A DNA stretch of 64,000 bases from the human T2T-CHM13v2.0 reference genome, Homo sapiens: assembly GCF_009914755.1 (NCBI RefSeq), contig NC_060930.1. The stretch is one strand, 5' to 3'. This document shows, piece by piece, positions 16,073 through 33,286 of this stretch. The notes beneath the pieces were generated by a model. The model saw only the letters and a list, made by a program, of their open reading frames with translations, searched no databases and was not told the origin of the DNA. The stretch's first letter is position 1. Each line of letters begins with the position of its first letter. The translations under genes were made by a program, and so were the position numbers.

Positions 16073-18915
16073 GCTGGCTTTCTTACTGGCACTTGTCAGG
16101 GACATATACCACCTGCCTACACCAGCCTTTGCTGAAAACTGTTTCCAGGGACGATTTGATGTACGGAGGCAAAATCCACACCCCTGCATCCTGCTTGACC
16201 CATTTTCTCCTGTTTTCTGGTGGTCTCCTCTATCGCTACCCTCCACTCATCCTTTTGTTCAGCTCTGTGGAACCAGAATATATATTGGAAAAACCCTCTA
16301 GCTCTGTTAGCACCGTGGTGTAGTTACGCAACAAATATTTGACTAATAAATGAAGACGTGTTTATTTGCATATTTTGGTAGACATTTATAACATTCCTAG
16401 ACATCTAGTGCATTAAACAAAATGCACCTCACCTCTTGAATTTGGGGCACTAAACTAACACACAGAATTTATCTGGGATGCTGAATGATCTTTCCCGCTT
16501 AAAGCCTACTCAGGGTACGTCTCTCATCGCTCATTCCTGATCCTCCTAGAGGACACATCTCTCAAAAGCACTGGGTGACAGCACTTCACTTGGGTTGTAT
16601 TTTCTTAAAAGCAATTGCATTCAGTTTTATAGGTGTCCATTTTTAGTTTTAGGTACAAGAAATACGAACTAAAAATACAAAAGGGAACCAAGCACTTCTG
16701 CCTCACCAGCGGGACAGTTTCGTAACTTTCTATGTATAAGAGAATCTAGACCAGCCTCCTTCATTACAGAAAATCACTTTCATGTAAATAGTAGTAATTT
16801 TTTTTCAGTCTTTTAATTTACCTGATAATTTCCCAGGCTGTCTCCATATCTCCTGCCTAGTGTTGGACTTGCTTTTGACTTTCATTTTCTTTGTGTTGGT
16901 ATTGTTGTGCTGAAGCTGATTTCTGGATTTTCCTATCACTGTTCCCAAATTCAGACTATGGGCTGAGCAGAAAGTGGAATTACTGTTATGTTCTCTATGT
17001 CTATAAATGCTAATCTGTGGCCTCAGCTAAAGGCAGATACTGACGAGCATGTCCCCTAACAATGGATGATTTCCTACGTGGAAGAGAGTGGTATCGCTGT
17101 CTCCAGGTGCATTTGTCTGTTCTATTCAATAATATAGGTAGTCGCAACCTGCCTACAATAGAAGAGCCAAATAAGCAGTATAGGTCTTAACATATTAATT
17201 TCCAACTTAGTAATGAAGCAATTTAATTATTAGGCTCAGAGGAGGTGTTGCCAGTGTTTAGGCAAGACAGTTCTTTGATGGGATTATCTTATGCATCATG
17301 GGATGTATAGCATCCTTGGGTCGTATTCAGGTGCCTGTAATACTCCCCGTTAATGTGACCACTAAAACTGCTCCCACACCTCTCAAACACTTCACCTGGC
17401 GGAGGAGCATTGAAGGACAAAGGACTTACTTTCGGGAGCCTGCCTGGGAATTACATGGCAAATCTGTACTTAGCTTTGGGAAGAACCCTGAGGATAGACA
17501 GCAGATAAATAATGCCTTCATTGTGCACTAGAAATTACATTCTGTGTAATGTGATTTGGGCTCTAAATTGGTCAGGCTTTTGATTCAACCCTAGAATGGC
17601 TCTAAGAAATTTTTCTAATTTCATTAGAGATGCCAAATTTCATTTCAGGGCTTGACTTTGATTCTAGAGTTTATTCTAAGCTAGTCTCCTTACAGGAACT
17701 GGAAATAGACACATGGGTTGAAAATGGGGCTTCCCCCCAGACCAGGTCTGATCTGCATGGAGCTTGTGCTAGAGTCTCTGGACCCTCCTAGCCTGGCCCA
17801 ATTTCCTGGAGTGGGGCACTAATATCCCTAGTTCACTTTTTGTTCCTCTGTAGGCATCCTAGTATAGGACTGCTGTATTATATGGGGGGAAGAATGATCC
17901 TGGCTTTGTTAGGATAAAAAATTTTCAAAACTAATGGAAATGTAATGCTTATGATATGTGATTATTAAAGTGAAGCATTGTTTTAGAATGCTGTTGACAC
18001 AGGTCTTGGAACTGCATGTACATAAACATAGCGCTCTCATGGGTGGAAGAAATTCCAATCTAGGTTATTTTTGGAGAAAATTGTAGTTCTTTGTTTCTCC
18101 TAAAATAGAAAGGATCCCATTTCCAATGTCTTTGTGGCTGTATCATGTTAATGAGGATAGTGAAATATGTGGCCCTAGCTGTGGTTAGATAGAGTCCTCA
18201 TTCCAGAGGGCTGGCAGTAAGCACACGCAGAGCTCCTTTTGAAAGGCTCCACACTCATGTATTGAGTATGTATTATGGCTAACACAGCACCAAGTGCTCA
18301 CGGAATACAGAGAGGCAGGCTACGAGGTGTATTTGTTCCTTTCCCATCAGAAGTTTCAATGAGCCACATGCACACAAGGGATGTTAGGAAGCAAAGTCAG
18401 GCAGTGTAGGATCATGTGCCACCAGGAAGGTCAGTGTGGCAGTGTTCGGAGAGTCTTCTGTTGGCCATTGGCCATATCACAGTAGCTTTATCTCCAGGCC
18501 ACGTTACCATAACTCCCAGGTTACTGGCTACATGCAGATTCCAGCTACTGCATCTGTAGGGGTCATTCCAACAAATGCCTCTAACAGCAGATTCAATGTT
18601 TTGAGATAAAACCTTCTACAATATAGTAAAAAAATAATAATTCAAACAAATGAGAACCTGAGCTATCCAATACCCTTACATTGTTCTGGATGGCCAAGTT
18701 TCCCAGATAGGTATGGGTCCAGTCCTTTGAGGGGTTGAGGTGAAACATTTTCTGTAATTTGTCACCCTGGGATTTCTGATTCAGGGTTTCTGGTCACTTC
18801 AATCTCAATTAAATTCAGCAAACACTTAATGAATGGCAGTTCTAGGTAATGCTGCTATGGGAAATACAAGGATTACTTAGTGAGCCTCAGGCTTTCCAGG
18901 ATCACAGGCTACACC

Positions 18916-19100
18916 AGTGATTCTCAACCCTGGCTATCTAGTAGAATCATCTGTCAAGTTCAAAAAATATATAGATGCCTGGGTTCCATTCCAGATTAGT
19001 TGAATATGAATCTCTGAGACTGGGAACTAGATGTCACCCTTTTTTCTTTCTTTTCAAATAAACAGCTCCTTAGATGATTCCAATAGGCTTCCGGGGGTGC
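18916..19100. mobile_element. MER5A (hAT-Charlie)
   Basis: cagtgattctcaaccctggct..agaatcatctg..gaatctctg. Confidence 0.7.
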
Positions 19101-19198
19101 TGATCTAGGCAAGCACAGATCAAAACAACAACAACCTCATAAATAGTATAGAGTAAATAGAAATAAAATGTAAGATTAATTTCAAATAGGAACATTGA

Positions 19199-19468
<270 letters not shown>

Positions 19469-19632
19469 TAGACTCTTAGCTGTCCTTTTCACAGTTGTAA
19501 GCGTATGTCTATAGCAGCCCATTTCTAATGTAATATTTCTAAGCATCTGCGGCTAGGAAATTTAATTTCTAAGTTTGTTGGAATTGAATGTAAATTAAGA
19601 ATAAATAGGTTCTACTTCCCACCAAAGGAACT

Positions 19633-20225
19633 AAGACTCCTTGGAGAAATGGCTGGTTCCAGGTCTGGGGCAGGAAATGTATTTGGTGAACCCAGGGCAA
19701 CTTGTTATACCAGAGAGCAAGGAAGCTATCAAGACTAATGGGGTCATGTCACAAGTACACAGTGCCAGCTGGAGTTGGCATCTCCCCCAGGCCAAAGAAG
19801 GGACAACTGGAATATCTATAAGGATAATGACAGCAGTGGGCCGAAATATATTAAATACAATAAACACCCCATGGTTTGTAATGATACCAAAACAAACAAA
19901 CAATAAAAGCAAAACCACCCAAACCTCAGTGTTGAATTGGAATGCTAGAGCACTAATTCCTTATTCTGAAAATTCATAAGGAAAGGAAAGTATCAAGTGT
20001 TTGTCCTTTCTTCTACTGGCTCTTTCAGGGTAAACAAATAGCTATTGGGGGAAGATAGCTGTGTTTGCCTAGATCAGTACCCCCAGAAGCGTATTGGAAT
20101 TATCTATGGAGCTGCTATTTTTTTTTAAATAGCAGATTTCTAGTTAATTACATGAAGAAGAAATTAGAAAATCACATTTTACAATCCTAATGAGCCTAGG
20201 CACAGTCATCAATAGATGCTACCTC
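19633..20225 (+). mobile_element. L1MC-like 3' region
   Basis: ggagaaatggctggttccaggtctggggcaggaaatgta... typical of the L1MC 3' UTR; appears to continue at about 21100-21660. Confidence 0.65.
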
Positions 20226-21669
20226 AGCCATCTATGGATACGTCACAAACTACGTCATATGGTGGCAGTTGGGGTCACTCATGCAACCACATTCTTCTGG
20301 GAGCCCAGCCAGGGCTGGAATGTCCACAGTGGCCCCACTCTTGATATGGGGCCTTGGTGCTTGCTGTCACCACAGAGCCTCAGTTCTCCTCCAGGTGGCC
20401 TCTTAGCATTCAACAGTTTGTCCTGTGCCTGACTTCCATGAGAGCACAGGCGGAAGCCATCAAAGCTATCAGGTCTCTTAAGGACTAAACCTACAGGTGA
20501 CACATCTTCACCTCTGTCACCATCTATTGGTTGAAGCAAGTCACAAAGTCAGTCTAAATTCACAGGTGTGGGGAGAATAGACTCCCACTCTTGATGGAAA
20601 ATGGCTCTCCCTGGGAACAAACTACTGCTGCCTGTCTCTGGCCACAATGATTCATGTCCATTCCACATGCAAAATACAACTACCCCCTCTTACAACTGTC
20701 TCCATTTTGGCATCAGTTTGGCATCAGCTCAAAGTCCAGGATCTTGTCATCTAAATCAGGCCCTCATGTGCAGCTCCTATTGCTCTGAGACCTATGAGGT
20801 AAGAGGACAAGTTATTTCCCCATCCACATACCCAATGTGCAATGTTAAGACTGCAGTAGGCACTCCTGCTCCAAAGAGGAAAGAATGGGAAGCACCTAGC
20901 AGGCAATTCTGAATCCAGGTGGACGCGTGTCACCAGTTCCCATGATTCTGGGGCCAGAGGTGGGAGCAATTGCTGGTGGTCATCTTTGGAAACAATGCTC
21001 ACAGATACTAAAGTCTTTGGGGGAACGTGGGTAGAGAACTGTATGCCGGAGAGATGAGGCAGACACCGTGTGAGTCTAATGACCGGCCTCGGCAATACTC
21101 ACAGTGGGGCAACCAGAACTATGAGCATCATAAGGTGGTACAATAAGAAGTATATACATAGCATCACCTGGCCAGTATTCTTGTCTTAAAATTGACCCTG
21201 AATCTTCTCAGACATCTAGACTCTATGATTAATATACAGGACACACAAGAGCTAGAGGAACGGGTTAAATGGCGCAATGAAGCAATTAGCTAGACCCTGA
21301 ATGTAGCACATCCTACAGGATGAAGGACTGTGTTCCTCAACAAATCAATACATGCAAAGCACACAGAAAGGAGCTGTTAGAGAATAAAAGAGAATTAAGA
21401 GGCATAACAATCAAATGCAATGTGTGGACCTTATGTGGATCCTGATTCAGACAAAACAACTGCAAAATCTCACCTTCGAGGCAATTAGTAAAATGTAATT
21501 GCAGTCAGGTATTAAATGATATTAGGGAATTATTGCTAATTTTATTAGGTGTGACAACAGCATGGTGATTATGGGGGGAAAAAGGTCTTTATCAGTTGGA
21601 CATGCATACTAAACTATTTGTGGGTAAGATACCATAATGCTTGGGATTGGCTTTAAAATGTTCCAGGCA

Positions 21670-22036
<367 letters not shown>

Positions 22037-22103
22037 TTAAGGTGGGAAATAGGTAAATGGGGGTTTCTCCACTTGCATGTGTGTGCACGTGTGTGTGTGT
22101 GTA

Positions 22104-22250
22104 AGAGATGAGGTCTTGCTCTGTCACCCAGGCTGGAATACAGTGGCATGGTCATGGCTCACTGCAGCGTCCAGCTCCTGGACTTAGGCAATTCTCTTGC
22201 CTCAGCCTCTGGAGTAGTTGGGACTATGGGTGGGTATCACCATGCCCAGC
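22104..22250 (-). mobile_element. Alu right-arm/FRAM-like fragment
   Basis: gagatgaggtcttgctctgtcacccaggctgg...catgcccagc. Confidence 0.85.
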
Positions 22251-22623
22251 TTCTGTGCATGTTTGAACATTTCCACAAGAAATGTTTAAGAAAAAAAAGA
22301 ATAATGGCTTCTGAATGAAAAAACTGGATTTGAGGGTCTCTTAAATAAATCAGTGAAGCACCAGCATGCTGGGGCAGCATCTTGGGTAGGCAGGAGTGCC
22401 TGTAAGGATCGGGGCCCTGGCTTTGCCTTGCTTCCTAATGCTCAGCTGGTCATGGGAGGTGGGGGCTATGGTGAAAGCAGGAAGGGAAAAGCTGTGAGTT
22501 ATTTGGTGGTGAGAGAATTTACTCCTTCTTCCTGGCATTTTTTATTGAAAATAAAATAAACCATTGGTCTATATTAGACAAGTCAGTCAATCAGTCAATC
22601 AGTTATTTATGGAGCTCTTGTAC

Positions 22624-22947
<324 letters not shown>

Positions 22948-23161
22948 AGCTCTTGTACTTTTAAAAAGTTAATATTTGTTATCTAAAAGTGACACATGTA
23001 CATAGTTATGAAAAGTCAAATAGGTCTACACAATCTACAACGAAAAGAACAGCTCCTTCTCCCCCTTCCTTCCCTGAATTTCTTCTCACCAGAGCTGCTA
23101 CTTCCAATCTTTTTAGTTCTTTTTCATGACGCTTCTTTTTGTCTGTCAAAATAACTGGCTT

Positions 23162-23509
<348 letters not shown>

Positions 23510-24149
23510 TCAACTTTAGATATAATCTATTGGCTTCTGAGTGAAGAAAGTAGGAGTTAGCCCTGTCATGTCACCCTCCACACATACAAACTAGCTTCTC
23601 TTTCTATTTTCCTAATAGCTTCATTGTTTTTGTTAAATCAATATTCAGTGTTTGCTCTATGAGAAGCAAGCAAATATACATATTCTGAGTTCACTACCCA
23701 GCCAAGTGGTGAACTCAGATTCTATTTTGTTTCTTGTGTAATTTTTGGTTTCTCAGATGCTAATAGTTGTTTTATTTCTTCTTCTGTTCATTTGCTTGGT
23801 TTCATAGGTTCCTAAGGCTTCAAATTCCCTGCTGGAGCTGTGCAAGCCTAGTGTGTTCTCAGCATGCTTAAGCACTTCAGGTAATTATGGGTTGCATTTT
23901 CTTCCCCTTGGAGACACCCCTCTTTATCCTCCAGCTCCAAAATGAGTGGGTCACTCCCCAGGCCCTCTTCCCAGATGCCCGCTGGAGCTTCCTTTCACCT
24001 CTTTCCTTTGCTGGATTCCTGCTTCTTGGATCCCAGGCTCTTTCCTGAGTTTTGGTGGGGCCCATATTCTTGCTGTTTCTTGGGAGAGAGCACAGAGAGG
24101 GGACTGATGAATATTACATTTGTGGTACATGTCAGAGAAGATGAAGACT

Positions 24150-24510
24150 CCATTGTCACAAGGTGGGTTCCTTGATGGAGATGAGTGTATGGGAGTTTAC
24201 TAGGGATGTTCTTGGGATCACCGCTCTGGAAGGGAAGGAGTCAGAATTGAGTGAAGGCAGAAGCTGAGCTGAGCTGCCATCTCAGTGATCCTCTAGGTTG
24301 TTCTGGACCTGGGATGGGCCTTCAGAGTTGTCCCTAATTGGGGCAAGGGGCTGGGCCTTTATATGCATATAAGAATCAATCACTGGATTTGGGGCACTCT
24401 GGGAAGTGGTGTGACCTCACACAAAGCACCTCTCTTCAGCAGAGGGAATCACTGTGTGGGCTGGAGGGGTCTGGGCAGCACGTCACAGCATCCGCCACAG
24501 TCCGCTCCCA
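24150..24510 (-). mobile_element. LTR16-like ERVL LTR
   Basis: atggagatgagtgtatgggagtttactagggatgttcttgggatcac...gaagggaaggagtcagaattgag resembles the LTR16 family. Confidence 0.55.
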
Positions 24511-25977
24511 GGCTGCTTGCATGCACTTTCTTGTATAAGGATTGGGTGCAGTTCCTCCAGGATTCCAAAGGGCCTCTGGGAAATTTAGAAGATGGAAGTC
24601 AGTGGAATAAACTGCAGCTCTTGCCTTTGACACTGTTCTAATGTTCATTGACATCTTCCTCTACTCTCCTCTTGAGATTCCTCCTTTAAGCTAGGACCTT
24701 TGCTGGTCTCTGTGGCTTAATTGGGGCCATGACCCAGCCCTTTATCCTTGAGGATCTGAACTTCTGGTCACCGTGCCTTTCTTAGGCTGTAGCTGCCGCA
24801 TTTGTTCATATAAGTAAAAAAAATCAAGAGAGGATCAAGATGTCCAAGCAGATAGATTTATTTATTCCTGATCCTATTGTATCATTATGGCCAAACCTCC
24901 TGACAATCAGGATTAATATCCCCTGCCAGGATGGTCACCCCTCTTCACACCTGCCAATCTTTTGGAAGGAGGGGGTCTAACAGGCCCAGTTTTCAATCAT
25001 AGCTTGGAGTTTAATGGGACTTGCTGTGTCCACTGGGAGAACATTTCCCCCTTTGGGATCCTCTAAACTTGCAGAGCCCAGAGGTGCAGGGATAGGAGGA
25101 GCAAATTCCCCAGGTGGGAGTGATGGTAAATAAGGAAACCCCGCTTCTGCCCTTTGGTTCTTGGATCTATGTATTCTTTCAGTTGAAAATGCAGCACCAT
25201 ATATATGTCACTTGTTTAAAGTGTACACTGCAGCCGAGAGGATGCCACTCAGCCTCATGAGATATTACCTCCAAGCTAGCACGTCAGTTTTGTCTTCCAC
25301 ATGCCATAGCATTCCTCTCTTAGGTCAGCAGCTTCTCAGAGGGACAGTTCAAACTTTGGCCAGTGGATTCCACAGCCATGTGCTCACTCCACACACCTTT
25401 GCTATAAAGTGGATCCCTTTTTCTTATAAGATCCCTTTTTCTTATGTGGACTCCTATGCTGCTGGATGTAACCATCTGTTAGCTCTTGGGCCGTGGTGTT
25501 GACTGAGTGCCTCCGAGCAGAAAAGACTGTCCCATATCCATAATATTTTCTGTTCCTGCTAAAATGAATCATTGTCCCTTCTTGGGCAGAAGGGATCCAG
25601 TAGTAAACACACTGTGTAGAGGCTGGTTAGTCACCTTGAGGGATAGCACCACATCAGGGGGCTCAGCATTGGTCTCTGTGCTGCTGCTGGCAGGTCTGCC
25701 ATTCAGTATGGCAAAAGCTAGATCTACTTGGTACGTGGAAGCCTGTGCCATTGGGCATGTGCTTAGCCTCCACCCCTGCCACTCTGCTCATGTGCCCATT
25801 TTGCTTATCCAGTTCGTTTAGCATGATGTCATCGATATGGTGGACCAGAGTGCTGTTCTGCAGGATGCCTACCTGGTCCTGGTTTCCTCGGACTTTATTG
25901 TGACAGGACATGGGAGCATTAACATAGCCTTGTACCAAGGCCATAAATGTAACATGGTTCACTCTTCCAAATGAATG

Positions 25978-26729
<752 letters not shown>

Positions 26730-28559
26730 TAAGCCTATTTTTTTTGATGAGGATAGAGGAGAATGCATCTGCCAGGTGAAAGGCCACATGTCATGACCTG
26801 AGGCCACGTTACATCTGCTTAAAGACCCTTTGGGTCTTTTAAGACTGGCAATAGTCTCAGCCATTCTCCCTGGGGTACATTATTGTTGTCTGGGGAGGGG
26901 CAGTTTCTAAAGCTTCTACTTTGCCTTCCCTACTAGGAGAGCTCTCACCCCATAGACCAAGGAACAGATGGAAGAGACTACCGGGTAAGCCTATTGCAAT
27001 TATACACTCAGATATCGGGCAAATGACCCCTGAATGGGTCCTGGAAACCAGTGCACTACTGCGAGCCAGGCCAAAGCTTCACGTGTGTCCCTCTCTAACA
27101 GTGAGTGGGCATGATGCCACCTTGGGTTACTGGGTATCAACATCAACTTGGACCCTGAAAGAAACAGTCTTGGGATGTTTGATCATTCCCCTTTCTCTAG
27201 TGTCCATTTACCTGAGTAAATGGCTGCAGGTCCCTCTGGAAGAACTGGGAGACTCATTACCATGTATACTTCCTATGATTGCTCAGCATTCTTCTCCCTT
27301 TGGACTCAGGCTTTCTATTCATCAATGGGTCCTGGGTCTAAAAATTGTCTTAGGTCTAGAAACAGAAAAATTGATCATGACTGTTTTGGGGGCAACTGTC
27401 CTCAGCCTCCAACTCATCCATCCTTGATTTCTTTTGTTTGTGCAGAGTGAGTTGTGTCCTGTGGCTGCCCATCTACTTGGCTTCTAGGGACACTGTGTCC
27501 TATTAATTCTTTCTCTAACTCTCTGTGGGTCGTGGTCCCTGGCTGCCCTTCTGACCTGCCACTCACTGTGATCATTGCATCCGCGTGGCTTTGGACAGTG
27601 ACATGCCACCACCTGGCCTCTGTTTGGTGCAGGGGGAACTCACCACCCCTTTCCTACCAGTGACCCAGTTCTGTGTCAGCATGTCCTCAGCACCACCATT
27701 GATCTCCAGAGGGCCATGGAGCATATTGCCCCAGCAAGATCCTTAGTGCTTGGAGAACGGTGTGTCCTCTGGGATTCTCCCATAACAGAGTTCACCCCAG
27801 CACACCCATTTCTCTGAGCTTTTCATTCCCCCTGGCCGCCATCTGCCATGGAGTCTCTGCCATTTCTACCTCACTCACTGTGGACCATTGCTTTTTTCAT
27901 TGCTTCCAGGGTGTGTGTGCACCATCTCCTGGATTCTTGGCAGTATGTTAAATCCTGTATCCCAGAAGGGGGCTCCCAAACAAATAAACCCTCATCCAGC
28001 CTTGAGTTCTGACTCCCCGGATAATGCACCCTCAGAGTTCAGCCTCAGTGGTTCTCCCACCTTCTGATACTACTTGAAGGTGAGGTACTGCTGCTCCTCG
28101 TTGGTACAATTTCTTTCCATTTTCAGCAGACCCAGCACATCCCCAGCCCTGTGAGACAGAGACTTAACCCTGCTTCTTGGCTCAGTGGCAAGAAGGGGAA
28201 ATGGGACTGACTCTCAGTGGGAAAGGGGAGGCACGTTATCTTGTGGAAAGAAGCCCTTGTGTAGTTTTCAAGCACGTGGGGAGTGCCAGCCCTTAGCAGA
28301 GAGAGGTGAGCCACTCTGAGGGCTCAGAGGCTTTAGGGAAATCTGGAGATGTGAGAGTTTTGGGTGCATCAACTCAGATGTCCTCATCTCATGTATCAGG
28401 GTCCTGTCGTTTCTCAGACCGTGCCCCGACCTTGATGGAGGTGACCTGCCTTGGTGCTCAATCTTCTGTTGAGCTCCGTTACTATTATAATGTGAACCCC
28501 AAGTCTAGTTTAGCTTTCTCTGCCCCTCCACTACAGGAGAGGAGAATATATTTTGGCCT

Positions 28560-29180
28560 TGTTTTCCTTTTAACATGTTTATTGTGATATAATTCACAAA
28601 CCACACATTCACTTATTTAAAGTGTACAATTTAATGTTTTTTAGTATAGTCCCAGGATTGCGCAATCATCACTACAATTTAATTTAAAAACATTTTCATC
28701 CACATTAAAAGAAATCCCATACCCATTAACAGTCATTCCCTGTTCACTCCTTCCCCTACTCTCTGGCAACCACGGATCACTTCCTACCATGTAGATTTGC
28801 CTATTCTGGACATTTTATGCCAATGGGATCATATAATATTTGGTTCTTTGTGACTCTCTTCTTTAATTGAACATAATGCTTTCAAGTTTTATCCATGTTG
28901 TAGCATGTATCAATACTTCATTTCTTTTTATTGTCAAATAGCATTCCATTGAATGAATATATCACAGTTTGCTTATTCATTCATCAGTTGGTGTACATTT
29001 GATTCCACTTTTCGGCTATTAGTGAATGACACTGCCACAAACATTCATGTACAAGTTTTTGTGTAGACATACATTTTTCATTTCTCTTGGGCATATACCA
29101 AGAAGTGGAATTGTTGGATCATATGATAGCTCTATGTTTAGCATTTTAAAGAACTGCCAAACTGTTTTTCAAAGCAGCAA
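28560..29180 (-). mobile_element. Old L1M 3' end (first piece)
   Basis: L1M 3' UTR motifs on the minus strand; continues at 31961. Confidence 0.85.
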
Positions 29181-30151
29181 CCCACAGGCAAAAGCTGGAA
29201 GAATTCCCCTTGAGGACTGGAACAAGACAAGGATGCCCACTCTCACCAGTACTATTCAACATAGTACTTGAAGTCTTAGAGCAATCAGGCAAGAGAAAGA
29301 AATAAAAGCATCCAAATAGGAAGAGGAGAAGTCAAGCTATCTCTCCTCATTGATGATACGATTCTATACCTAGAAAACCCTAGAGACTCCGCCAAAAGGC
29401 TCTTAGAACTGATAAACAACTTCAGTAAAGTTTCAGGATACAAAAATCATTGTACAAAACTCAGTTGCATTTCTATACTAATAACATTCAAGCTTAAAGC
29501 CAAATCGAGAATGCAATCCCATTTACAACAGCTGCAGAAAAATAATAAAATATCTAGGAATACATTTAACAGGGAGGTTAAAGAGTTATACAAGGACAAA
29601 CACAAAACACTGCTGAAAGAAATCGTAGATGATACAAATGAAAAAACATTCCACACTCATGGTTTGGAAGAATTCATATCATAAAAATAGCCATACTGCT
29701 CTAAGCAATTTACAGGTTCAGTGCTATTCCTATCAAACTACAGGCATCATTTTTCACAAAACTAGAAAAAACTATTCTAAAATTCACATGGAACCAAAAA
29801 AAAAGCCTGAATAGCCAAAGCAATTTTAAGCAAAAGAACAAAGCCAGAGGCGTCACACTCCCTGACTTCAAACTATATTATGAGGCTATAGTAATCAAAA
29901 CAGTATAGTACAAATGGACATGTAGACCAATGGAACAGAATAGAGAACCCAGAAATAAAGCCACGTACCCATAGCCATCTGATGTTTGACAAAATCAACA
30001 AAAAGAAGCAATGAGGAAAGGACTTCCTATTCAATAAATGGTACTGGGATAGCTGGCTAGCCATATGCAGAAGAATGAAACTGGACCCCTACTTTTCACC
30101 ATTTACAAAAATTAACTGAAGATGAATTAAATATTTACATATAAGACCTCA

Positions 30152-30663
<512 letters not shown>

Positions 30664-31462
30664 CTATGCATCTGACAAAGGTCTTACATCCAGAATCTAT
30701 AAGGAACTTAAACAATTGATCAAGCAAAAACCAAATAACCCCACTTAAAAATGGGCAAAAGACATGGACAGACACTTCTCAAAAGAAGACATACAAGCAG
30801 CCAACAAACATATTTAAAAATGCTCATCACTAATCATCAGAGAAATGCAAATCAAAACCACAATGAGATACCATCTCTTACCACTCAGAGTGGCTATTAC
30901 TAAAAAATAAAAAGATAACAGATGCTGGTGAGGCTGTAGAGAAACAGGAACACTTAATACACTGTTGGTGGGAATGCACATTAGTTCCGCCACTGTGGAA
31001 AAAGCAGTTTGGAGATTTCTCAAAGAACTTAAAACATAAACCACTTGAAACTTAAACATAAACCATTTAATCATTTAAAACTTAAACTATTTGACCCAGC
31101 AATCCCATTACTGGGTATATATCCAAAGGAAAATAAATCATTCTACCAAAAAGACACATACAATCACATGTTCATTGCAGCACTATTCACAATAGCAAAG
31201 ATGGAATTAACCTAGGAGTCCATCAATGGTGGACTGGATAAAGAAAATGTGGTACATATACACCGTGGAATACTATGCAGCCATAAAAAATAATGAAATT
31301 CATTAAAAAGAATGAAATCATGTCCTTTGCAGAAACATGGATGCTGTTAGAGGCCATGATCCTAAAGGAATTTAATGCAGGCACAGAAAACCAAATACTG
31401 CCTGTTCTCACTTATAAATTGAAGCTAAACATTGGGTATGCATGGACATAAAGATAGCAACA

Positions 31463-31764
31463 GGCCAGGTGAGGTGGCTCATGCCTGCAATCCCAGAACT
31501 TTGGAAGGCCAAGGTGGGAGGATTCCTTGAACTCAGGAGTTCAAGACCAGGCTGGACAAGATAGCAAGACGCCATCTCTACAAAAAATAAAAAATTAGCT
31601 AGGCATGGTAGTTCACACCTGTGGTCCCAGCTACTAAGGAGGCTGAGGTGGGAAGATCGCTTGAGCCCAAGAGGCTGAGTCTGCAGTGAGCTGCAATTGC
31701 AGCACTGCATTTTAGCATGGATGAGAAAGTGAGACTCTGTCTCAAAAAAAAAAAAAAAAAAAAA
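31463..31764 (+). mobile_element. AluJ-like inside L1
   Basis: Alu consensus; TSD-like aaagatagcaaca / aaagatggaaaca. Confidence 0.92.
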
Positions 31765-31960
31765 GATGGAAACAAATAGGCTACTAGAGAAAGAAGGGAG
31801 AGAGGAGGGCAAGGGTTGAAAAACTAACTATTGGGTACTGTGCTCCGTACCTGGGTGATGGGATCAATTGTACCCCAAACCTCAGCATCATGCAATATAC
31901 CCAGGTAGCAAACCTGCACATGTACCCTCTGAATCTAAAATAAAAGTTGGAAGAAAAAAA

Positions 31961-32660
31961 CTTCAAAGCAGCAGCCCTATTTAACATTCTCCCCAGCGTG
32001 TATGAGGGCTCCAATCCCTCCACATCCTCACCGACGCTTGTTATTGTCTGTCTTTTTGAGTACAGTCTCCTAGCAAGTGTGATGTGGTCTCTCATTGTGG
32101 TTTTGATTTGCATTTCTCTAATAACTAATGATATTGAGCATCTTTTCATGTGTACATTGACCAGGCCATTTGTATATCTTTTTTTTTGGAGAAATGTCTA
32201 TTCGAATCCTTTGGTCATTTCAAATTTGGGCTGTTTTCTATTATTCAGTTGTAAGAGTTTTTATGTACACATAGAAGTTTTTAGATACAAGTCTCTTATC
32301 AGATATATGATTTGCAATTTTTTTTCTCATCCTATGGGTTGCTTTTTCACTTTCTCAATGGAGTCATTTGGTATGCAGAAGGTTTTAATTTTGATGAAGC
32401 CCAATTTATCTATTTTTTTCTTTTGTCATTTGTGCTTTTGATGTCATATCTAAGAAGCCATTGCCTACTAAATTTATGTTTTCTCTGAGAGTTTTGTAGT
32501 TTTAGATCTTACATTTAGGTCTGTGTTGCATTTTGCCTTAATTTTTGTATATGGTGTGGGGCAAGAGTCCCACTTGGTTCATTTGAATGTGGATTTCCAG
32601 TTGTCCGGCACCATTTGCTGAAAAGACTATTGTTGCACCATGTAACTGTCTTGGTCACAC
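31961..32660 (-). mobile_element. Old L1M (second piece)
   Basis: Continuation of the minus-strand L1 after the TSD. Confidence 0.85.
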
Positions 32661-32939
32661 TTAACTTTTATTGGCCAGTTTTATCATTTTCAGCTTTTCA
32701 TTATCTTTTTTTCCAGAATTGAACTGACCTTGGGAATAACCATCCGATTCCATTGTCCTTATAGTTACGATTTCATCCAAATTTCTTAAACAATATCAAT
32801 GCAAAAATTCTAAAATATTAGCAAAGGGTATTCAGCAGCACATTAAAGAGAATACAACCAATTCAGGATCATAGGAATGCAATTTATCATGTACTTAAAA
32901 AATTCTGATTAGTATTTTTGTTGAAATTATAGTAAGCTC

Positions 32940-33286
32940 TTTTTATTTTTTTTGAGATGGAGTCTTGCTCTGTTGCCCAGGCTGGACTGTAGTGGTGCGA
33001 TCTCAGCTCACTGCAACCTCCGCCTCCTGGGTTCAAGCAATTTTCCCTGCCTCAGCCTCCCGAGTAGCTGGGATTACAGGTCACCCCAGCTACTTTTTTG
33101 TATTTTTAGTAGAGACGGGGTTTTGCCATTTTGGCCACCACACCCAGCTAATTTTTTGTATTTTTAGTAGAGACGGGGTTTTGCCATTTTGGCCAGGCTT
33201 GTCTTGAACTCCTGACCTCAGGTGATCCACCTGCCTCGGCCTCCCAAAGTGCTAGGATTACAGGTGTGAACCACTGTGCCCAGCCG
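32940..33286 (-). mobile_element. Alu (AluS) with internal ~58-bp tandem duplication
   Basis: Alu consensus; linker region present twice; TSD gaaattatagtaa. Confidence 0.93.

Noticed and set aside
26921-27427. 168-aa + strand ORF
   Set aside because: Antisense to the decayed ERVL internal region, with no recognisable domain.
31947-32441. 164-aa + strand ORF
   Set aside because: Antisense of an old L1 3' region.
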